From Trichoplax adhaerens (taxonomy: Eukaryota; Animalia; Placozoa): a DNA stretch of 8,387 nt. The notes under the pieces are model-generated. The model was not told the DNA's origin. It saw only the letters and a list, made by a program, of their open reading frames with translations, and made no database searches. Below, one piece after another: positions 1-8,387 of the stretch; the stretch's first letter is position 1; each line of letters opens with the position of its first letter. The stretch covers positions 7,575 through 15,961 of the forward strand of contig NW_002061043.1 in assembly GCF_000150275.1 (NCBI RefSeq), read 5' to 3'. Both the position numbers and the translations under genes were made by a program.

Positions 1-30
1 TTCAAGATTTGATTTTATTTGCAGCAGAAG
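1..30 (+). CDS. Possible 3' end of an internal exon of a convergent plus-strand gene (frame 2: SRFDFICSR)
   Basis: Strong donor context GAAG|GTAATT at 30/31; frames 2 and 3 are open up to it. The rest lies outside the window. Confidence 0.3.
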
Positions 31-417
31 GTAATTGTAATTATGCGTAAATTTCATTTGCCTTATTCTCATCGGCTTTTGAATAACAAATTTTCAAATG
101 TCAATAACAGTTTCCGACTATTATACTTCCTAAGAATTGCTTTTAGATATTAATTACTTACTAGTCTGTGAAATTAAGGCCTCATTGCTCTAAAACTTGG
201 CATGTATTAGAAAAATAAAACTCTAAATAAGTAAAAATATAAGCTTATTTTTGTGGAAATGACTGAAATGACAGCTATTAAAATAGAGATTTTGTTCCTC
301 TAACTATTTCTCTATATAAGGTTAATAGATTATCGCATCAAAATATTGTGCCTTTGTATATTTTGTTTTTATCGATACTACTGATACTAGCTAAATTTTC
401 TATACTTTCGCCGACAG

Positions 418-478
418 AGATAATACAGTCACAGGCAGCTACATAATGCAAGATTCAGCAATATCACGCAAAGTTTAG
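418..478 (+). CDS. Possible terminal exon of the convergent plus-strand gene: (R)DNTVTGSYIMQDSAISRKV*
   Basis: Acceptor TTTTCTATACTTTCGCCGACAG| ending at 417, branch-like CTGAT/CTAAAT at 381-396, and locally higher GC. Phase 2 matches the donor at 31. Stop TAG at 476-478. Confidence 0.3.
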
Positions 479-1673
479 CGAAGCGGTAAATTATGACATC
501 CGGGTATTAGAACTATAATGACGGTATTTGACTTTATTTTTACCAGATAGAATCGTTCTTTACATATATCCATTGATAGTACAATTGTGCGCTTATTTAT
601 TAATAGATCATAACATTTCCCATCATGACAGATTAATTAAGTATTGTATAGTATGTAATAGAAATAGAGTTAAAATCTATGTCTTATGTGTTCCGATTTT
701 TAATTAAAAGTCAACTTCAATCTTTTAATTTACTGTACCTTTCTACATTGGGACATACATTTGTGTATCTTAAAAGTGTGAGGATCATTATAGAATATGA
801 CTTGCAGATGCAAATTTTAATATTCGGCAAATATTTTGCATTAACAACGATATAAATTTGTTTTTAAGAAAATACGTCGATTTTGGGAATAAAACTCAGC
901 ACTTTTATATGCTTTCAGTTTGTTTTTATACTACATTTTATTAAACCATTTTTCTTCTTAATATAATAGAGCAAGGCAGAATAGAAAATGATTAAACTAG
1001 TAAATTGAAGACTTAATTTTCGTACATGTGCAAATACCAATAAAAAATTTTTACTTTTGTTGATACGAACTAGACTGTAACATTATAAATCATAGCAATT
1101 TAAACTACAGCTCTTAATTATATTTACAGTGAGGAACCTTGTTATCTATCAGAAGATTATTGTAATCCACGGAATAAGCGATAGTTAAAAACTGAATTTA
1201 TTGGGGAATTAATTGGAAATAATAGTAAAAGTACACAGCAAATTTATGTTTAAAAAATTCATGCCAAATTAAGCTAGAAGCAATAAATTAATAGCAACTC
1301 ATTTCTGAAAATGTTGTATATATTTCCTAAGTTATGCTTGATCGCCGTTATGGATGGTAATGATCATAATTGAGAATAATTCCTATTAAATTAAAAAGAT
1401 CGTTGTATTGATATAATAGATAGTAAATTTATTAATAGATAAACTTTGAAATTTCTAGTCCTATCAATTCACAACGTGAATTGAAAACATTTTGTAGTTG
1501 AAGTTTCCTCCTATAGGTAATAAGTGCCATCAGTATCTGTGCATTAATATGTCATTTTCGACTTGCGTAAATTAACTATAGCAAATTCTCTTTTAATAAG
1601 AAAGAAAATTATAAGCATATATGCAATTGTACATTTTCATTATAGAAACCAAAATAGTTGGATCATATGGCGC

Positions 1674-1700
1674 ATACATATATATATATTTACATATATA
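1674..1700. repeat. Imperfect (TA)n microsatellite running into an assembly gap
   Basis: atacatatatatatatttacatatata lies directly before the N-run. Confidence 0.8.
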
Positions 1701-1750
1701 NNNNNNNNNNNNNNNNNNNNNNNNNNNNNNNNNNNNNNNNNNNNNNNNNN
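1701..1750. other. Assembly gap (50 N)
   Basis: Run of 50 N; the round number suggests a placeholder length. Confidence 0.99.
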
Positions 1751-1993
1751 CGTTTTTCACAAAAATAACGGTATAATAGAACTGTAGGATAAATTTATAT
1801 CACCAATCAGCATTAAATATGCGTACAGCATTTAAAATAGGAGATTGAACTAAATGATAAACAAATTGTTTACATTATTCCATAAAATAGCATCGAAATA
1901 ACAGTATTTACATCATACCCAGCCAAATAGGTTCTAGTAAATGTTGGAATTCGATTGACGTTGCGTTGATAATGTGGTTAGAGATGTCATATT

Positions 1994-2066
1994 TCATTGA
2001 TATGCATCAGTAATAGATGATTTTGTATCAGTAATGTCAAAGTCGGAATTTAACTTTTGCTTGTTA
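1994..2066 (-). CDS. Predicted terminal coding exon of the GPCR: (C)NKQKLNSDFDITDTKSSITDAYQ*
   Basis: Follows the acceptor at 2067 and is in frame with the donor at 2244. Hydrophilic, Ser/Thr/acid-rich, as is typical of GPCR tails. Stop TGA at 1996-1994. It equals the 3' end of listed ORF 1994..2197. Confidence 0.55.
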
Positions 2067-2244
2067 CTGAGATCAGGAATAAGAAAAATATAAACTAATA
2101 GGTAGGTTATCATCGGCTTAAAGTTGCCGGTGCTCTGATTTTTGTCTTTTACTAACTGATAATCGCATGACCTTCGTTTCTCGTGACTGCAAACCACAGC
2201 GGTGCTCTGAGATTTCTTTTACTATCTGAAGTGAGAACACATAC
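2067..2244 (-). other. Predicted 178-nt phase-2 GT-AG intron in the GPCR C-tail
   Basis: Minus-strand donor ATG|GTATGT at 2245/2244. Acceptor TATTTTTCTTATTCCTGATCTCAG|T at 2067/2066 with a polypyrimidine tract. Splicing keeps an open frame and creates a Cys codon (TG+T) right after helix 8. Confidence 0.6.
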
Positions 2245-2903
2245 CATAAAGATTTTCGAAATCTTGAGGTAAATCCAGCGTATATTAACGGATTAGCTGC
2301 ACTGTTGCAATAACTTACTAAATGGCTTACAGCATAAATAAAGAAGAAAGTTATACGAGTTTGGTTGGTTACTGCTCCGTACGCAATAATAAAGAAGCAA
2401 ATAAATAATGGTATCCAACACATTATAAATGTGACCGATACTAGTAACATCATTTTAATGGTTTTGCGATTAGCTTTACCATAGGCTCGATTATAGTGAA
2501 GATTAGCTTTATTGTTACGTCGGTGTATCTCATATAAAATTAATGAGTATATGCAGACAACAATAAGTAAGGGAGTGATAAAAAGGATGACAAATATCGC
2601 AATCGTATAGATTCGTAAAGACTCCATTTGCTGATTTGGATCAGTTGAAAATTCGATACCACATTGGGGGTAACCTGGCACTGATGTATCATATTGAGTG
2701 TAAATAATAGAAGGCAAAGCAAACGAAAATGCTATAATGAAAATGATCAAAGTCACTAAACCTTTCTTGCCTTGCTTTGGGTTAGGATTAGCTGCTTGTA
2801 GTACAACAAAATAACGATCGATAGCTATAGCTACCATAGTTGTAATTGAGCCTGCTGCAAATAAAAATGGTAGGCCAAGCGTAATACGGCATAAAACTGG
2901 ACC
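2118..2903 (-). CDS. Class A (rhodopsin-like) GPCR, neuropeptide-receptor-like (tachykinin/orexin/RFamide-receptor group); 5'-partial, TM3 to C-tail visible
   Basis: The listed ORF 2118..2837 stays open upstream to the gap edge, adding GPVLCRITLGLPFLFAAGSITT before MVAIAIDRY, so the listed Met is internal to TM3. Motifs seen: TM3 Cys3.25 (2889-2891), DRY, ECL2 Cys (YPQCG, 2661-2663), TM5 FxxP...Y, TM6 FxxCWxP (FIMCWIP), TM7 NSxxNPxxY (NSAANPLIY), helix 8 (FTSRFRKSL). Unspliced stop TAA at 2120-2118. If the intron below is used, this exon ends at 2245. Confidence 0.95.
   Translation of the reverse strand, partial: GPVLCRITLGLPFLFAAGSITTMVAIAIDRYFVVLQAANPNPKQGKKGLVTLIIFIIAFSFALPSIIYTQYDTSVPGYPQCGIEFSTDPNQQMESLRIYTIAIFVILFITPLLIVVCIYSLILYEIHRRNNKANLHYNRAYGKANRKTIKMMLLVSVTFIMCWIPLFICFFIIAYGAVTNQTRITFFFIYAVSHLVSYCNSAANPLIYAGFTSRFRKSLWYVFSLQIVKEISEHRCGLQSRETKVMRLSVSKRQKSEHRQL
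2128..2229. repeat. Imperfect direct repeat, two copies of about 30 nt (2128-2159 and 2200-2229)
   Basis: cggtgctctga-tttttg-tcttttacta-actga versus cggtgctctga-gatt-tcttttacta-tctga: identical 11-nt and 10-nt blocks, with spacers that differ in length by 2 nt. Confidence 0.8.
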
Positions 2904-3328
2904 NNNNNNNNNNNNNNNNNNNNNNNNNNNNNNNNNNNNNNNNNNNNNNNNNNNNNNNNNNNNNNNNNNNNNNNNNNNNNNNNNNNNNNNNNNNNNNNNN
3001 NNNNNNNNNNNNNNNNNNNNNNNNNNNNNNNNNNNNNNNNNNNNNNNNNNNNNNNNNNNNNNNNNNNNNNNNNNNNNNNNNNNNNNNNNNNNNNNNNNNN
3101 NNNNNNNNNNNNNNNNNNNNNNNNNNNNNNNNNNNNNNNNNNNNNNNNNNNNNNNNNNNNNNNNNNNNNNNNNNNNNNNNNNNNNNNNNNNNNNNNNNNN
3201 NNNNNNNNNNNNNNNNNNNNNNNNNNNNNNNNNNNNNNNNNNNNNNNNNNNNNNNNNNNNNNNNNNNNNNNNNNNNNNNNNNNNNNNNNNNNNNNNNNNN
3301 NNNNNNNNNNNNNNNNNNNNNNNNNNNN
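2904..3328. other. Assembly gap (425 N) covering the expected 5' part of the GPCR
   Basis: Run of 425 N abutting the open GPCR frame at the ECL1/TM3 boundary. Confidence 0.99.
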
Positions 3329-5400
3329 TTGTTTAAGATGATATATTATCGTAAGTACAATATTAAATGATGATTGGCGAAAGGCCACCCACCTATTTAA
3401 ATGAGGAAAGCTTAAACTATCCTCTTGATATTTAGATCGTGTAGAAATCCAACTGTGAGACAACTTTGTACTAGTAAATAAAAGCACTAAGTTACATTTC
3501 ATTAGGTAAAGATATTCTGTTTTGTGAGTGGTTTTGTAAAAATTTATAATTTCTCTATTTAAAATCTATTGCTAGTGGATTAAATTCAAGAAAACCTATA
3601 AATATCTATGAAAGATACTTATCTAATTATGCGGTATTATGACGACGTCTGGTTGTTACAAGTAAATAAATACTTAGTTTGAGGCTATGATTGATAAGCA
3701 AAAGTGGAAAATGTTAAAGTGAACTCGATAAGTTTTAATTGATGTTATAAACGTCACAGCTTAAGGTGTGAGTTAAAAAATAGTGACTGTAAAATTAGTA
3801 GCATTTCATAGTATATTATCTGATATTTGATTCGATGGCCTAGTTCATGATAGCGTTTATAAGTTCCTTCAACGAATCTAGTTTTGCACTATTTTGATTT
3901 ATTCGAGGAAGGTTACAACATTGCTACGCAACCCTATGAAAATAAGTGAGCAAGATGTAAATATTTTTGGTTATTGCTAACAAACAATTTCTTAAAATAA
4001 ATGCTACTGTTTGAATTTGTTTGCAATAAAGTGTTGCATAATCAAAAAGGATTCGTTTTTTTGGCATTAATATTCAAGTTTATATAATTGCTGAATCGAC
4101 TTATGGCCAACCCATGATATATTACTGGGCGACGCTTATAAGATATAATGCTGGATAATGAAATGATTTGTAAATAAAAAATAAAGTCACATTGTTTTCG
4201 AATGATGCCTGCGGGTAAGTGATGTTTATCAAGCGTCGAATTGAAGTAAATGCCATGGGAGTATTGGTATTATTTAAATAGCATAAATTAATAATCAGTA
4301 ATCTATTGCATTAGATTCACTATAGAAAGCTTGAATAGTATCCACAAGTAATAGTGTGCTATGTTAATAGTAATATATAGAGTAATCACCTGACTTGCAT
4401 TATGGAGCGATTACTGGTAAGTAACGCCAATGTGTACGGTATATTTAGTTGACGTAAGGTATAATTACATTAATTATTAATTAATAGAATATGGGTTGTC
4501 AATAATGGTATTAGATAGGCTAAGTAGAACGTAGTATGTACTTTGTAATAAGTTTGAAATATTTTTATAGAAATGAATTGTAATGCAAATGCCACATATT
4601 TATGGTCTGCTTAGTATGCATAGATAAATTGCTCTAAAGTACTACTGTCACAAACTTATGTTGCAAACTACTACACTAAACTAATAGATTACTTATGCCT
4701 TGCTCCACCACACCTGGAGATCTACTGTATGGTAGTTCTTTACTACTTTCGGTCACACAAATATGATCCATTAGCTAAATACTAACAAAATCTATTTAAT
4801 TAGCAAGTACGGTGCTTTGCTCCGTAGCAACTACCTATACAAATAGTCCTAACTGCGCAAGAAATTTAGACACTAAATGGATAATGATACATGCTTAGAT
4901 GATAGAACAATCTGTGAGTTTGATCGATAAAGAAATTGTAAATAATAATGTGAGCGATCATTTAAAAAAGATAGACCATTGAATAAGTATCTAGAATAAA
5001 AAAATTAAATTGGCTAAATTTGCTAGATTATTACTGTCTAGTAAGTTAAAGCCAGTAATGTAGCAACTATAATTCTTAGGAATTCTAAAAGCTCAACGTA
5101 ACAAAATTAATTATTAATCAATCAGTCCATAGATCGCTAATTTTCTTTCTCTCCTATTTAGCTTCTTTAACGATTGCAGCGATTCATGCGATATCTTAAA
5201 CATCAAGTTCAATTAAATTAGAGATATATTAAGAAAGCAATTATTATACGAAATGAATTCAACTTTAATGTGATAAACTTAAAGCGATTTATCCTAGCAG
5301 ACAATATGCGATATTATTACATTACGCAGATGATAGTGCTACCGTTCAGTATTTTTAACATATTTGTGATATATACCGATCACGAAATTCCAAATTTTAG

Positions 5401-6090
5401 AAAAATAAGGGCTTTATTGAATCTTATATAAAGATTAACTACACACAGCTCTACTCTAGCCGAATATTACTAATAAAGATTTCTAGAACGAACTAACAGA
5501 ATAATCTAAAGTTGCATGGTTTTATACTTATTGTAGCATTCGCAGCTACAATCCGCATGACAACCTTTTACCTTATTTTACACATAGTTAAATTATTCTT
5601 AGTAACACTATTCTACTGCGGACCATCATTAATCCAATATGGATACGACTACAGTATTTACGTCGACATTATTCACACCGGTCAAAGTACAATAAATTGA
5701 CCATATCCCAATATACGATTTACAGTTCTATTTTTACCTATAGCCTTATTAGTAACTCAAGACCTTACTGTATATAGTCATCTGTACTCTAGTATAGAGT
5801 CTATACCACTGCAATCTATAGTTATGGCTACCAAATATCTCTTAGGATAAATATTTACCGTACGTTATACTAAACATGGCTAACAGTCTACAATCACAAT
5901 ACTAAGTTACATTACAGTATAGTACGAGAACTATTTCATCCGCAGATGCGGGAAATTCTCGAGGTACTCCGACTAATGTACTAATTGGACAACTTCTACA
6001 CAATCAATACTTGACCGATATCTGCTAGTCCTAGGTTGCTCTTTATTTGAGACCAACCAATGACCCAAAACGACGTTGAATATTATTTGA
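5401..6090 (+). pseudogene. Possible decayed membrane-protein/GPCR-like coding relic (frame 1)
   Basis: Frame 1 from 5401 to 5850 has only two internal stops (5494, 5698) and carries hydrophobic blocks. A DRYLLVL motif occurs in the same frame at 6013-6033. Motif spacing is not canonical. Confidence 0.2.
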
Positions 6091-7844
6091 CCTTAAGGTC
6101 TAACTGAGCTACTATAGATCACGATGGATTTGACTACTGAACGTAACTAAATCAAACAGCGCAAACAATGGTGCTTAGACTTCTCAAGCATTTATAATTA
6201 CTTATGACTGCCGGGAAATGGCAACTACTAACAGCAACCCAGATGAGTTTGACTGACTAGAATCGAATGTATATTAGGTTTGATAGTTAATCATTTCGAC
6301 ATATGTCATAGCAATGGTAGTGGCTGATATTACAATCAGTATAAGCAATTTTAGTTTATTGGTACGGTAAATTAGTCTCTGAGTAATTCTTGTGTATAAT
6401 AAATATCCAAAAAATAATTATAGTTATCTTTATTAAATTTCTTTAAATTCATTTCTAAACTCTAAACCGTTACTAAACCAGGGTTATATTTCATACTTAA
6501 TTGCCATTTCATGAATTTAAACGAAAATTATTTATAGTTTAACGATATTAAGACTATTCTTTATTGTATTTGTAAGCTTCCAAATAGTATAAAGTTTCGA
6601 TATCTCTTTAAGGAAATATATAGGAGTGACAGTTTATTGAAGTGCTTTCCAAGTAAGTTTGACTTTCGAAATTTAAAGTGAACAAAACTCCAACGCAATT
6701 TACCAAAGTGTTCCAAGTCATACAGAAAATTTAATATAATATCAGGATTGCAACCGTTGCATTTTATATCTTTTATAAGACTTTCATTACGGTTTACTTT
6801 ATTATACTTGTTGGCAAATTCGTTTCGTAGCTGGAAATTAAAATTAAAATTAATACGTTATTAATTCACGGTAACTTTGGCAATTTTGGTCGTATTGAAT
6901 TTACTATGTGTCATAAACATTTGATCATTATTCTCATTTGTCTTGTAGCTAAAAAAGCTTCAAAAGCTATACCATATTGTAATGTAGACTTAAATGCTTT
7001 AGTAACTAAGCTTCACCTTCTATTATAATAGAAAAGTGAAATGTCCATTAGTATTTTAGTAATAGTGAATACTACTGGTATTCACGCTATCATTTATTTT
7101 ATTTTAGTATGAAAACTATATAGATTATTGCTGAAACTGTATCGTATTTTGATAGTTGTAGTTTTTTATTATTATTGTACGTGGGTTGATGACTAATACT
7201 TGCATTTTATAGTTACATTGTTAAAAAATAGAATAAACAAGAGTCATAATGTTAATTCGAAATATTATAATCTGTTAATAATAAATAAAGTAATTTAGTT
7301 GGGGCTTATGGTATAATTGCTTGGCATGCTACATAAAAAGTAGATTGCATAACGCTATGAATATTTATTGCCATGTAATGAGGTATATCATTAAATTTCA
7401 GAAGTAAATAAGAAAAACTATAGAGAAAGTCGTTGATTGATGTAATGAGTACTACTATATCTAAAGCGATGCGATATGCTGTTTCTTAAATACTTTACGA
7501 GCATATTTATAAGCATGATGATAGCATACGATCTGATTTGTGAAATTATTAGTAGAAAAAGACTCTGTGTAACAATCTATAACAAACTAAGACCAATAAT
7601 GTCTACTTTATATCTGATCTTTCATGGAGCAAAAGAATGAATTAACTTTAACATTTAGTTGCTAATTGTCAATTTTATTTTATGTAAAGGATAGTTAGAG
7701 TAAAAATGTCAATAAGAAACGATAACTTTAAATATGGTATGTATAAATCTGACAGTGTTTCATTTCGGAATATGGGACATCCAAATCTGAATTAATATTC
7801 TTCCACTAGCCGCGCCAGCGAAGATTTGCAGCCGACTCTATCTT

Positions 7845-7874
7845 TATTATGAATTTAAATTTAAATTCAAAATA
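7845..7874. repeat. AT-rich palindrome: perfect 20-bp core (7850-7869), 30 bp with one mismatched pair
   Basis: tatt-a-tgaatttaaatttaaattca-a-aata; the core equals its own reverse complement. Confidence 0.85.
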
Positions 7875-8387
7875 TCCAATTACAGAGAATTACTTGGTAT
7901 CTGGCTAATACTTGAAAGTGATATACGTGTATTCAGTTAATATAAATGCGGAATGGATTTGAAACAAGTATAATTTGAATTGTGCTTATTGATAATTCTA
8001 TGCTTATAAACATCAAAATCAATCTATGATTTCTAATCAACGAAGTTACGATTATGAGCTTATAAGAAGGTCATTGAAGTGAAGTTATAATATTAAGTAA
8101 TTAAATTTTAAAGCTACTCATCAAAACAAACCTTCATGTAATAAACTTCACGTCAGAGTTAAGAACTGGATTCAACATATATTATCTTAGTTATGAATAT
8201 TCGTAGCTTCCGTAATGTACACTATGTATGCTCATGGAGCGTACATATTAACTCTTTATAATTGAAATCATATATTATAAATTATGTTAGTGCACTTGAT
8301 TTCTTATAGCTTGACTGTTGAAATGAGAGATAATCTCAATGAAAATTTTAGGACGCTTGTTTTTGTTGCTATATGATCGTATGTAGC

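Noticed and set aside
1563-1787. Listed 74-aa plus-strand ORF
   Set aside because: It starts at TTG and runs through a TA microsatellite and a 50-N gap, so it is an artefact.
1994-2197. Listed 67-aa ORF as an independent gene
   Set aside because: It has a non-ATG start inside the GPCR tail or intron. Only its last 23 codons make sense, as the spliced last exon.
2540-2722. Listed 60-aa minus-strand ORF
   Set aside because: It is an alternate-frame shadow inside the GPCR coding sequence with no recognisable motif.
13-2866. 15-nt inverted match ttttatttgcagcag (13-27 versus 2852-2866) as terminal inverted repeats
   Set aside because: One copy lies inside TM3 coding sequence and the match does not extend. 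About one such match is expected by chance in 8 kb of AT-rich DNA.
2118-2903. Opsin or aminergic receptor identity, or a specific gene symbol
   Set aside because: There is no Lys at 7.43 (Tyr instead) and no Asp3.32 (Pro instead). The mixed family features preclude an orthology call without a tree.
2831-3502. Listed 223-aa ORF as a separate gene
   Set aside because: It is mostly N. Its 3' part (VQFYAVL...) is the wrong-frame reading of GPCR TM3.
3640-4457. CRE-like TGACG/ACGTCA half sites and TATA-like motifs upstream of the GPCR
   Set aside because: These are short motifs in AT-rich DNA with an unknown transcription start, so they cannot be supported.
4215-6659. Plus-strand GTAAGT donor consensus at 4215, 4417 and about 6653
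   Set aside because: A few are expected by chance at this composition, and I found no convincing upstream acceptor plus open exon.
1-8387. CRISPR array, tRNA/rRNA, transposase or reverse transcriptase, prokaryotic operon or defence system
   Set aside because: I saw no regularly spaced repeats, cloverleaf, rRNA-like segment or other long ORF. The low coding density and the GPCR indicate animal nuclear DNA.

Overview
AT-rich (roughly 30% GC by eye) eukaryotic, animal-type genomic DNA with two assembly gaps (1701-1750 and 2904-3328). The only solid gene is a minus-strand class A (rhodopsin-like, 7tm_1) GPCR of the neuropeptide-receptor type. Its frame is open from the gap edge at 2903 through TM3-TM7 and helix 8; the N-terminus, TM1 and TM2 are hidden in the gap. 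The sequence supports an intron not shown in the ORF track (2244-2067, GTATGT...CAG) that would swap the C-tail for a Cys-anchored, Ser/Thr-rich tail ending at 1994. There is weaker evidence for the last two exons of a convergent plus-strand gene (up to 30, then 418-478) and for a decayed membrane-protein/GPCR-like relic at about 5400-6090. The rest looks intergenic, with a few palindromes. I see no rRNA, tRNA, CRISPR array, transposase or prokaryotic system, and I cannot support a wholly new biological system here. A non-bilaterian animal source such as the placozoan Trichoplax is only a guess from composition and receptor type.
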